A DNA stretch of 64,000 nt from Azolla caroliniana (lineage: Eukaryota > Plantae > Polypodiophyta): the NCBI GenBank assembly GCA_043228905.1, contig JBHGNT010000041.1:62001-126000 (forward strand), read 5' to 3'. This document shows, one piece after another, positions 48,780-61,376 of this stretch. The notes under the pieces are model-generated. The model ran no database searches, was not told where the DNA came from, and saw only the letters and a program-made list of their open reading frames with translations. A program made the position numbers and the translations under genes. Numbering within the stretch: position 1 is the first letter of the stretch; every line of letters begins with the position of its first letter.

Positions 48780-49425
48780 ATGATATGGATGGGAAGAGGA
48801 AGTGGTTGGGCTAGGTGCCGACGATGGTTGTGGCTCAACGGGTGGTGGGTTTCTTGTTGTGATGGATTGAAGCTCCCATAATGATTCCTGAAGGATTTCA
48901 TTTTCGAGTTGTAGTTGTTGCAAGGTTGCCACTACTTGGTTTAGGTTGTAGACGGATTCGGACATGGTAGCAATATGAGGGAATGTGAACAAACTGTCAC
49001 GGACAAGTATAATACAGTAGGAACAAGACGACACTAAGAACTAGGAGAGAGAAAAAGAACAAGAAATTGACTTATGATTTTGTAACTGGTGTTGTTCACC
49101 TTGATTAGAATGAAGGTGCACCTGAGTATTTATACAAGAAGGTAGAGGTATGTATGCTAGCTAGGAATAGAGAATGCATGTATGCAAGTTAGGAAAAGAG
49201 AATGCATGTCCGCAAGCTAGGAATAGAGGATGCATGAGGATGCATGAGGATGCATGCAAGCTAGGAACTTCCAATGTTCAATCTACCATACATGAAGTTT
49301 GGATTTTATACAAGGATGCATGGATGGATGTAACTTAGTTGGTCGGGTTGCCAAATGGAGACCAAGTGGTCTTGGTTAGGGTTCAATCCCTACCTTCCAC
49401 CGTGGTGTGGCATATGTCTATGACA
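48780..49425 (-). mobile_element. Second Tcn1-like family (G): 5' LTR 48995-49425 plus gag N-terminus
   Basis: tgtca...tgaca termini; non-tRNA PBS gtttgttcacatt; gag MSESVYNLNQVVATLQQLQLENE (coiled-coil-like). Confidence 0.7.
49326..49400 (+). promoter_or_regulatory. tRNA-like Pol III cassette near the U3 end of family G LTR, antisense to element
   Basis: A-box-like taacttagttgg (49331-49342), B-box ggttcaatccc (49380-49390), T-stem tagg/ccta. Confidence 0.55.
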
Positions 49426-49801
49426 GCATGAAGACATAAATAAAGATCAAGGAGACAAAGATGAGGCGAAACGAGAATTACTAGATTGATGTGTCAATGA
49501 CTGGTGTTGAATCCCTTGAAAGGGACCAAGGATGTTAGAAGTATTTATACAATTTTTGAGATTGAATATCTCTAGAATATACTCAAGAAATATCTCGAGA
49601 ATATACCCGTTTAGAATATACCACAGAATAATTCTAGAATATACTAACGACTAGAATATTCTCAAATGTACTATACACTAGACTATACAATATATACAAG
49701 TTCACAATCGAATGTGGACAATTCACAAGAGTTTCCATATGGTTAACACAACACAATGTATTGTGTGTTAAAAGTAAGAGGTTTGAGTGTAGAATGTGAC
49801 A
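49426..49801 (-). repeat. Probable truncated LTR with ctagaatat subrepeats
   Basis: Ends tgtgaca at 49801 where it abuts gypsy coding sequence; TATA-like tataaata on the minus strand near 49545. Confidence 0.5.
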
Positions 49802-52800
49802 TTTAGGTCAGTTGCGCCCCCTTCCATTCGTTCCCACCTGTCCTCCGGTAAGGGTGTCACAACTAGCCTCACATTCCGATCCACAGTCTTAGACTTGGTG
49901 TTGACTCGGGCAATCCGACCCGACCTGACCATCCGTTCGAACTTCTCTATCTCCTTGTACATTTTGTCCGGCCATCCTCGACCACCTTCTCGATCTCCTC
50001 GAGAGTGTTATCGAACAAGACTACCTCCACGATGCAGTTTATCGGGTCGTCGAGGCCCATGGCTCTGCATGCCTTCAAACGCCTTTCAACTTGTCCTTTT
50101 TCTCGGTTGACAACGACAACTACTCTACAACCTCCATTTTCAGAGAGACAAAACTTCCTACCTATTATACAAGTGTGGGGTTTCCGGTGTCTGTCCGGAC
50201 TATCGTGGCCCCATGCCTTGATAGCCCTCTCTAAAAATCCTCTCGGCCTTCACCACTAAGAGAGTCCTGATTTCAGTCATGGTTCGGCCGAACCGTCAAA
50301 AATTGGACGGAGTGCCAACCATCCTGGCTCTTTACTCGCGCATATGTTGAACCATTGTCCAACACCTTCGTTTCCATTCGAGCCATTGTGACATAGGGCT
50401 CGCCGAGTATGATTGGGTGCAAAGACGACTCATGAACGAAGAAGTGTTGGTCGTGTCAAGAATAGTACTAAAGCAGAGAGAGAATTAGTACTAAAGAAGA
50501 GAAGTACTATTAGTACTAAGAGGACGGGACTGCGTAAGATTCCCGAAAGAAAAAGAGAGAAGAGGAGAGAGAGATAGCGAGGATGAGAGAGAGAGAGATG
50601 ATAATAATAGCTAATATATTATGTGAAGGATAAGTACAAAATGGTTAAGAGGCTTAAGACTGGCGTTGAACCAATTTGGTTCAAAACAATGCCTTGTGCC
50701 TCCTTTTATAGTGCTCTCAGGAGTAGTCCTGAAGCTTCTAGAATGTTCAGAGAAATCTAGAATATACATTAATTTCTTATAATAAAGCATAAATGAAAAT
50801 AATATCTTACAAATTACAATAGATGGTGTGATGGTTAAGAGCTCGACCCATGTACCATAAGGTCATGGGTTTGAGTCTTGCTAGATCATGACACTATACC
50901 CCCCTTAAGACGACGATTGGAACGAGTCAACGCTGATTCAGGACCGGGTTTGTCGGGATATTGTCGGTGAAAATCAGCAAGAAGATCCTAAGCATTGGCG
51001 ACATGCTCGACGGGCTCCCAAGTACGTTCGCTCAAACTATAGCCGACGCCAATGCTCGACGGGCTCCCAAGTACGTTCGCTCAAACTATAGCCGAGCCAA
51101 TCGACCAAATAATAAAGTTTGTTGCAAACAAATTTGGAGTCGTGGATGGCAGCAACTTCATACTCCGGGCCGGCGTCTAACTCAAGCAGGGGTGGCGGTG
51201 GTGTAACATGATCAGGAATAGTGTTTGCTTTATAAGGTTCAAGAAGAGAACTATGGAAGACCGGATGTATACAAAGATGCGGAAGAAGATCAAGGCGGAA
51301 CGTGACATCATTAACCTTACCGGTAATACGGAAAGGACCGAGTCGTCGATAATCCAACTTGTCGCACGATCAAGTAGTCTTGATGTGACGACGTAAAAGC
51401 CATACTCGATCTCCGATGGCAAAAGAGGAGGGAAGCCGATGACGATCCGCGTAAATCTTCTGTGTCTGTTGAGCATGACGAAGATGAGTAGAGAGATCCA
51501 TTTGGATCTTGCATAGTCTCTCCAAATGATCCTCAGCACGAGGATTGGTAGGTAGCTCCGGGGTGTCGATCACCGACCAACGAGGATGAGAACCGGTATA
51601 AGCGTAGAATGGGGAGACTCGAGTCGAGGAGTGAACAACATTATTATATGCAAACTCCGCAAAGTGGAGAATCTCGCCCCAATTATCCTATTGATAACTC
51701 AGGAAACACCAGAGATATTGCTCCAGCGTTTGGTTTGTTCGTTCCGCTTGCCCATCGGTATGAGGATGGTAGCTGGAGGAAAGGTTGCAAGAGACCTTGA
51801 GCATCTTGAAGAGATGCTGCCAAAATTTGGAGACGAATTGCAGTCCTCGGTTACTAATGATACTGTTTGGGAGGCCATGATGCCGAAATATCTCACGCAT
51901 GACAAGGGCGGTGGTTTCCTTGCTAGTGATGGCCTTAGTACATGGCTCAAAATGTGCCATCTTCGTATATCGATCAACGACGGTTAAGATAGCATCGAAC
52001 CCCTTCGAGACCGGAAGATCTGTGATAAAGTCAAGACAAATAGACTGCCACGGCTTACTTGGAATCGGTAAGGGTTCCAACAAGCCATATGGATGGTGTC
52101 GTGGCATCTTTGCTCGGCAGCAAGCATCACAGGTCTGAACGTAGTCGTCGACAAAACGTCGCATATGGGGCCACCAAAAGGATCGTTGAACTAGATCCAA
52201 CGTCTTAGTGCTACCGAAATGTCCCGCCATATGGTTGTCGTGACAACTTTGGACAATTTGGAGGCGATAGGAGCAATCGGGGACATATACAAGGTTTTTA
52301 AAGAATAACAAACCATCATGATATTCGAATTGTCGATAGTCCATACCTAGTTGTTGAGACTGGGAATAGGATGCCCGAGAGGTATCAATGTGCGCCAAAA
52401 TGTCTTGAGCAAAATTGTCCGTCTTCAAGTTCGCATGTATAGTGTCGGTAATCTGGGAATCCATTGGGATGTGAAAAATTTGCGTTGTGTGCAATCGTGT
52501 TGGTCCCAAGATTACTTGCTTTTGATTATCGAACGTTGGATCACTAGGACGAGGTGCAACAAATGAACGCCGTGATAGTGCATCTACCTTTCCTTGCTGC
52601 TTCCCTGGTCGATATGCGATCTTGAAATCAAAACGTGTGAGGAATTGAGCCCACCTAGCTTGCCATCGATTTAGCACACGAGCGTTCTGGAAATAAGAAA
52701 GCTTGTTGTGATCACTGAAGACGATGACCTGATGTGGAGAGCCCTCCAAAAAATGCCGCCATTGCACAAATGAATCCACGATGGCTAATAACTCCTTGTC

Positions 52801-53873
52801 ATGTATTTCGTAGTTGATTTCCGCAGCATCGAATTTGTGTGAATGGAAAGCCACAAGATGTAACTCTTCTTTATCTCCTTGTTGAGAAAGGATGCTACCG
52901 AGGGCAAAATCTGATGCGTCGGCCTCCATGATGAATGGTTTGCTTGTATCCACATGAGCTAGAATAGGTGTTGATGTAAAGGCTTTCTTAAGATGCCGAA
53001 AAGCCATGTCCACTTCATTGGACCAAAGAAATGTTTGTCCCTTCCTCGTAAGTTGTGTGAGAGGTAAAATAATCTTCGAGTAATCCTGTATAAACTTGCG
53101 GTAGAAGTTAGCAAAACCTAGAAAACATTGTACATCTCGTACAAACTGTGGAATTTGCCACTCTAGCACAGTTTGGACTTTAGCTGGATCCATGGAGATG
53201 CCCTTTGAGGAGATAACGTAGCCTAGAAATTCCACTTGCTTGCAGTCAAAGCTACATTTTTCCAGCTTGGCATAAAGACCATTCTCACAGAGTCGGTTTA
53301 GTACTAATAGTACATGAGAATCGTGTTCTTCCTAGGTCTTCGAATAAATCAATAGATCATCCAGATAGATGATCAAACAGATATCCAAGAGGTCTCTGAA
53401 TATATCATTTGCCATGTGTTGGAAGACTGTGGGTGCATTGGTTAGACCGAACGGCATAACAATATATTTGAAATGCCCATACCGCGTGCGAAAGGTGGTC
53501 TTCCATTCATCTCCCGGTCGGATCCGCACGAGGTTATACGCTCCTCGTAGATCGATTTTTGTAAAAAACTTGGCACCATTAACTCGCTCTAAAAGACTTG
53601 ATATAAGAGGAAGTGCATACCTATTCTGGATGGTGACCTTATTTAAGCCTCGGTAATCAATGACGAGACGAAGTGAGCCATCTTTCTTCTTGACAAAGAA
53701 GATGGGTGCTCTGGCCGGAAATTTCGAATGACGAATAAACCCGCTTGCCAAGTTCTCCTCTATGTAGGCTTGAAGGACTTCTAACTCGGTGGGTGACAAG
53801 TTGTAGATTGGTCACCATGGTAACTCTGCTCCTTGTTGTAAATCGATGGGACAATCGTAGGGACGATGATGAG

Positions 53874-56800
53874 TGTGAAAGATTATGTGCGGAAGCAATA
53901 GAAAACGAACACAGAGAAAATACGCAGGTTTAATGGAGCACTTGAATATACACAGTTCGCAGGAGAGATAGAGAGAGAACGCAAAAAAAAAACAATTCAA
54001 AAAATACTAACTCTGTACATAGGATGTGCTCAGTGAGCACTTTTATACAAGCCCTACCAATCGGGCTGACACAAGTACTGATAGTACTTGACTGCTCATA
54101 AGTGAGCCTCAACACTCACTCCCAAAATTATTCCTTTACGAGGAATATCTCTAACGGCCTTTCGGTTTACGCACCGATGTGGCCTTTCATTACGTACCGG
54201 TTTGCGTACCAATTTACGCATCCGTTTTACGCACCGGTCCGGCCTAACCGATCGGTCCCAACTGATCCGGTCCTCGGCTTGCTCAGCAGATCCGACCGAT
54301 GTTGAGCTTGTCTCTCAACACTCCCCCTCAAGCTCAACTTGAGGCTCTTCCGGATCTTCCGGATCACCGCTCTGGTTCCTCCTGGCTCCACGCCTCGCTC
54401 GCGCTCCTCGGCCTATTCGACTCTGCGTGCTTCGACCCTTCCCATCGGCTTGTCTGCTCCCACGGCCCTTCACAGCTCCCTTGTTGTCACGGTGTTGGCG
54501 CTTCTCCTGCTGCCTTCTTTTCCGCTTCGCCCTTGGTTGATTCAGCGTATCTGAATCAAACATCCGAACCGACTCGCCTTTGGTTGCTCGACAGTGCAAC
54601 TGTCGACTACCTCTTACTGCTCCACGTTATCGCAGCACTCCCAAGAGAGAACGTGTATCCGAACGTGGATAGGCGACCGGCGGCGTTGCTAACTCAATCA
54701 GCATCGGTGTAGCCGACCAACTGTGAGGCTGTACCAGTCTGATATAGCAGTCCCCGGTCCTTAGTGCCGCTTACGTACCGCAATACACGTTGCGCACACT
54801 GAAGGTGCTCCTCAGTAGGTCGCGCCATGAACTGACTGATCACCCCGACTGGATAACTAAGATCGGGTCGAGTGATTGTCAAGTAGATAAGGCTTCCGAC
54901 AATTTGTCGGAACCTCGTCGGGTCACATACCTATCCGGAATTGGGGCGAAGCTTCACAATTCTATCCAGAGGAGTCGAGACAGACTTACAGTCGGCCATC
55001 CCGAATTTGAAGAGCATACTTAGCACATAATGGCGTTGGCTGATCAATATGCCTTCAGGGCTACGGATCACTTCGATCCCTAGGAAGTAATGAAGGTCCC
55101 CTAGATCCTTCATGTCGAACGATGCCACAAGTTGGAGCTTCACGCGATTGATTTCATCTGGGTCGGCACCGGTGATGACCAAGTCATCAACATATAGTAA
55201 AATACTGATCGGATTGAGTCGACCTTTCCGGATGAACAGGGAAGAGTCTGATTTTGACGTTGCAAAGCCTATTCGACACGGTTACTGCGTGATCTTCGTG
55301 TTCCAGGCACGCGGGGCTTGCTTCAATCCGTAAAGGGACTTCTTCAATCGGCACACTACCGACGTGTTCGTTCCGGAGTGAAATCCGGGGGGTTGTACCA
55401 TGTACACCTGTTCCTCAAGCTCGCCTTGCAGGAACGCATTCTTTACATCCATCTGATGTAGTTGCCACCCCTTTGCTGCAGCTATTGTGAGTAGAACACG
55501 GACGATCGTCATCTTCGCGACCAACGCAAACGTCTCATCGTAGTCGATGCCGTGTTTCTGTGCATAGCCTTTTGCCACTAACCGGGCCTTGTATCGGTTA
55601 ACCAAGCCGTCAATGTTGTACTTGACCTTGAACACCCACCTACATCCGATCGGCTTCACACCTTCGGTGCGTCAACCAAGTCCCAAGTCTCGTTTTCCGC
55701 CAATGCGTGCATCTCTTCCTCCATCACGGCATGCCAATTCGCGTCCTTAGCCACTTCTGCGTAGCTCTCCGGCTCACGCACTTCCGCTACACGGGTCATG
55801 TACGCATAATGATGCACCATGTACTCGTTGTATCCGAACCGCACAACGGGGTTCTTCTGGTGGGTAGATCGGCGTAATCGGTCATTAGCCGATGTCGAGG
55901 TCTTCTCGGCCGACGCGGACTTCACTCTTGAAGACCCGTCACCACTTCCCTCGGAGTCGGACTCGCGTCGGTCTGACTTGTTCCTATCCGTGCCATAATT
56001 CGACACCTTCGTCTTCCCTTTTTCTTTGCGCGTAAGCCGTCTCCTCGGCTTCCTACGCGGGGAATGCACGGCCGAGTCTCCACTACTCGCCGGCTCTTCA
56101 TCGGACTGGTCAAACCAACTCAGTCGTCCATGCGGTCCGCTTAAGCGAACCGAAGTTGGACTCTCTTCGTGGTTCCCGATTTCAGGCTCATCCGGAGGCA
56201 TCTTGGCCTCGCTGACCTCATCGTTAGAACTCGGATTGGAGGTGAGATCCGGAGTCGGAGGCAAGTACCAGGACGCGGACTCGTCAAACATAACGTTGCG
56301 GCTCACACGCGCTTGTTTGGTGCACAGGTTATAACACTTATAACCCTTCTGCTCGTCTAAGTAACCGACCAAGATACATTTCTCGGCCTTTGCATCCAGC
56401 TTCCTCCGTTTCTCCTTTGGCACATGCACATACGCAATGCTACCGAAAACTTGTAAGTTTCGCAAGTTCGGCTTCGTTCCGAAATATAGCTCGTGCGCCG
56501 ACGCTTTGTCTCCGATCCGGTTCTGGATGTATACCGCGGTCCTTACCGCCTCGGCCCAGTAGAACTTGGGCAAGCTCTTCTCCTCCAGCATTGCCAGTGC
56601 CGCTTCCACAACCTACCGATTTTTCCTCTCGGCCACGCCGTTTTGCTCCGGCGTGTATCTACAACTGAATTTTCGCCGAATTCCCATCTGTTGTAGATAA
56701 CCATTGAATTGACCGGAAAAGTATTCTTTTCCGCCATCTAACTACAAGCACTTGATCTTTCTTCCTGTTTCCGTTTCCACGAACCCTTTGAGGTCCTAGA

Positions 56801-59062
56801 AACAGTCGAAGACTTCGCTCTTCCTCTCAATGAGGTAGATCCATGTGTGCTACGTGTAGTTGTCGATGAAGGAGACGAAATATCGGTTCCCGCCAAGACT
56901 AACGTTTTGTGCCAACCCACACACATTAGAGTGTATAAAGTCGAGCTTGTTCCGGCTCCGGTTACGCTCGTTGGGGAAAGGAAGTCGGTGTTGCTTCCCA
57001 AGCTGGCAAGCTTCACTAATCTGTGCCTTCCGGCTACTAAATTTGGGCAATCCGAACACCACTTGTTTCAATTGCAGGTCTTCAAGCCGCTGGTAGTTCA
57101 CGTGTCCTATCCGATTGTGCCATAACTCGATGTCCGACTGGGCTTTTTGTCCCTTCGCGAACATTGCGGTGCCACCGTCAGTAGAGTCGAGGATGAACAT
57201 CCTCCCATCTCTGCGCCCTTGCGGAATAACACGGCCCTCTTCCTCAATGAAGCACCCGAGGTGTGTAAATTGGACCTCCATCCCTTGGTCGACGATATGT
57301 CCAACCGACACCAAGTTCTTCGTGATTGTTAGAACGTGTAGCACGTTCATGAGTTTCCCTTTCTACCCGACATGGCTCAGGGGAACTTCTCTGACATTCG
57401 CAATAGAATGCGGAGTGTCGTCTCCAATTGCGACTACTCCCGGTTGCATCGGTTTTTCTAGGTACAAGAACCACTCCTTATGGCTCGTCATGTGATTTCA
57501 CGCGCTGGAGTCGACGTACCACACCTCGTCCGATTTCAGGGTGGTCTGCTTCATTGAGTTTGCTTCGTGTCTCGTCACGAAGGCAGACCCTTTTCCGGCT
57601 TTTCCAGATCCTTCGGCGTAGTGCGATAGCTGCTAGTTTCCTTTGTTGGTATGTCCGATACCAAATCCGGAACCGGTCCTCTCCGACTCGGCGCGCTTTT
57701 TCCAGCACTTGCTCTCCCTGTGGCCTTTCTTGCCACAGTACCAGCATTCCGTGGTGGGTTTCCCTTGCCGGTTCACATCGCCTCGACTCCCCCTGTTTCC
57801 GGAGGGTCCAGAATTGTTGTCGGCATCATTTCGGTGCCTCCTTCCTTGATCTCGTCGGCCGCCTCCATCGTGCACCGACTCGCCTCGTCCTCCACGTCCA
57901 CGGGGCCTATCTCCCTCAGTGTACAACATCTTGTTATTGGTGTGCGTTCTGGTTGACGCACCCACGTGGTTCTCCTCTACCAGGAGCATCAACTGTAAAT
58001 CGAAAAAGGATGGTGTATTCTCCCGGGTACACAAAGCAGTTCGGAACGCTCCGAACCTCGACGCCAAACCCCCGAGACAAACCTGGACCATCTCTCTTTC
58101 TTCAATGGTCACATCAATGGAAGCTAAGGAGTCGCATATGTCCTTGATCTTCGAGGTATAGTCAGCCACCGACAAATCGCGTTGTCATAGGTTGCTCAAC
58201 TCCTGTCGGAGCTGAAGCTTCCTGGTTGTGGTGCTCGCTGCGAAGATCTTCTTCAGATTTTCCCACACACCCTTCGGCGTTTTCGCATCCCGAACGTAGG
58301 TCAATAGTTGTTCGCCACACAAGACGCGAAACAGTACAGCACTCTGCTCATTGATTGTTCCCACGCCGGGAAGTCTTTGTGTGTCGATTCGGGTGCTGTG
58401 TCATTTGCTCCGTCGACATAGCTCCAGTAACCGTGCCCGAGCAGGTACTGGTGCATCTTGTAGGACCAAGATGCATAGTTGTTTCTGTCGAGCTTCTCCG
58501 TCGGAAGCGAGCTAGCCATGCCTCTATCCATCGGTTTTACATGTTCTTCTCGGTTGGTTTTTCTTTTCAAGCTATGTCGGTTGTAGAGGTTCTCAACCCT
58601 CGTGCTCTGATACCATGTGAAAGATTATGTGCGGAAGCAATAGAAAATGAACACAGAGAAAATACGCAGGTTTAATGGAGAGCTTGAATATACACAGTAT
58701 GTGGGAGAGACAGAGAGAAAACACAAAAAGAAAACAATTCAAAAAATACTAACTCTGTACATAGGATGTGCTCAGTGAGCACTTTTATACAAGCCCTGAC
58801 AATCGGGCTAACACAAGTACTGACAATACTTGACTGCTCATAAGTGAGCCTCGACACTCACGCCCAAAATTATTCCTTTACGAGGAATATCTCTAATGGC
58901 CTTTTGGTTTATGCACCGATGCGGCCTTTCGTTACGCACCGGTTTGCGTACCAGTTTACGCATCCGTTTTACGCACCAGTCCAGCCTAACCAATTGGTCC
59001 CAACCGATCCGGTCCTCGGCTTGCTCAGCCGATCCGACCGATGTTGAGCTTGTCTCTCAACA
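53874..59062 (-). mobile_element. gag-pol: Near-complete copia family D element
   Basis: 447-bp LTRs 53874-54320 and 58616-59062; TSD atgag/atgag; iMet PBS at 58604-58615; PPT at 54321-54332. Knuckle CWYCGKKGHRESKC. RNase H C-terminus deleted near 54580. Confidence 0.93.
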
Positions 59063-61310
59063 ATGAGGAAGAGTATCGTCTTTTACCTTGTCAAATACGT
59101 CGGCATAAGGATGATATTTCGCTGGAAGTTGCACTAAGGATCCCTCCTTAATATTGCTGGAAGGATGTACTGATATGGCAAATAGGAACATTGCCTCCTT
59201 GTGTCCTTCTTCGCATAGTTGACGTAGTGAAATGGTCGAAACTCGATGAGTAGATTCTTGGGGTTGTCGATATCGGACTTCTCTTGTTCTCCAATCTATG
59301 TCTGGATTATGTAGTTCAAACCAAGGTAATCCCAGGACAATGGGATGCTCTGGACTACTAATTATATTAAATGATACTACACACACAAAACTACCTAGGA
59401 CAACCTGAATGGGTTCTGACTCTTCTACAATATTCCCGGAAGCAATGGGACGACCATCAATGACTACTACAGATGCGGGGCAAGGAAGTTTTCTTAAGGA
59501 TATCTGAGAAGCTTGGGCCAAATTTTGATCCATGAAATAGGATTTGGCTCCGGAATCTAAAAGTGCTAGGACTTGTACTGGGGGAGTACTTTTAGTACTA
59601 ACCATGACTTGGGCTAGGAACACATTGCTAACTTGCTTGGAGGGAATGGAACCACTAATGGGTTGTATAGATCTAGGGTTGTCCAACCAAACGGCTCCTA
59701 TTTTGGCTAGACTCAATCGTTTAACTCTTCATCTAATTGACCAAGGATTTCAAATTTGTTTGAGATACTTGGGCTATTAGTATTATTAATACTATCAGAC
59801 ACTCTATTAGTACTATTAATACTATCAGACACTCCTAAGGTAAGAATTGACTCGGGTTTAGTACAGGCTACGATTTGATTTACCTGTCTTCTTGGCCTAT
59901 GGGGACAATTGATTGCGATATGCCCTGGTCCACTGCAATAAAGACATAATCGATTTGCACGGAGTCATTGCTTTTCTTCTTCCGATAACGGGCCACGTCG
60001 ACGCATGGTGTCAATCTCCATCAGTGTCGGAGTATTTGCTTGGGGTACGTCGCATGCGAACGCTTTAGCTGCGACTGAGGCATATGTGGGCTCCGGCCTA
60101 GAGTGTGGTATTTGTAATTGACATTCGGAACACCGTTCGAAAAGGCGGTTGTCACATCGGACTGCTTGACTGATTGCCTCCGTAAGAGATTTTGGTTCTT
60201 CGGAGAAGGTTAAAAGTAAATCTTTTACATCGTTTCGCAGGTCGTAGTGAAACTGCTCCATTAGTGCCTGATCATCCCAGGGGATATCTGAGGCGAGTAG
60301 GCGGAAATCCGCTGCGTAGGTAGAGGTTGGACGATCGCCTTGACGCAATCGTCGGATCTTGTTGATCGTTGTCCTGATGTTGTCGGTGTCTCCAAAGCAT
60401 GCTTTAAACTCACTAATAAAATCTTCAAATTTATTAAGCAAGGGCGATTTTTTTTCTAGAAGCGGAGCGAACCATGCTAAGACTGAGCCGCTAAGCAATG
60501 TGCCTATTAGGCTGACTCGGGATGCATCAGTGGAGTATCGAGAAGGATGCATTTGGATGACTAATCGTACCTGATTAAGGAATCCCCTGAATTGCGATCG
60601 CGTTCCATCAAATTTCACAAGAAGTCCAATCTTCGGCTCTTTATGAAATCCTTGGGACTTGATCCTTGTTGTTGCAATGCTGCTTCGAGTTGTTGTACCC
60701 GTAACGCTAACTCCCCATGTTGTTGCTACGTTTGTTGTTTTTCTAGAGCGATTTGTTGCAGATCCCCTATCAGTCGTTGGTTTTCTTGTTCCAAGGCAAC
60801 AAATTTTTCTTTTAGGCACTGTAGCTCGGAGAAAACGGATTGATATTCTTGGGCGCTAACAATAGCCATAGTATAGGGAAAAGGGTAGGAGGATGAGGGA
60901 GAACGACAAGTAGGCTTGAGGAGGAAAATTGGTTCAAACTGTCAGGAATAGTACTAAAGCATAGAGAGAATTAGTACTAAAGAAGAGAAGTATTATTAGA
61001 ACTAAGAGGACGGGACTGCGTAAGATTCCTGAGAGAGAAAGAGAGAAGAGGAGAGAGAGATAGCGAGGATGTGTGAGAGAGAGAGAGATGATGATAATAG
61101 CTAATATATTATGTGAAGGATAAGTACAAAATGGCTAAGAGGCTTAAGACTGGCGTTGAACCAATTTGGTTCAAAACAATGCCTTGTGCCTCCTTTTATA
61201 GTGCTCTCAGGAGTAGTCCTGAAGCTTCTAGAATGTTCCAAAGAAATCTAGAATATACATTAATTTCTTATAATAAAGTATAAATGAAAATAATATCCTA
61301 CAAATTACAA

Positions 61311-61376
61311 TAGATGGTGTGATGGTTAAGAGCTCGACCCATATACCATAAGGTCATGGGTTCGAGTCTTGTCATA
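61311..61376 (+). promoter_or_regulatory. tRNA-like A/B-box cassette in E2 LTR (also near 50821-50885)
   Basis: tggtgtgatggttaagagc...ggtcatgggttcgagtc. Confidence 0.62.

Noticed and set aside
48466-48780. Unassigned AT-rich stretch with a short repeated cgggtaggctaaca
   Set aside because: No recognisable termini, ORF or structure to support a call
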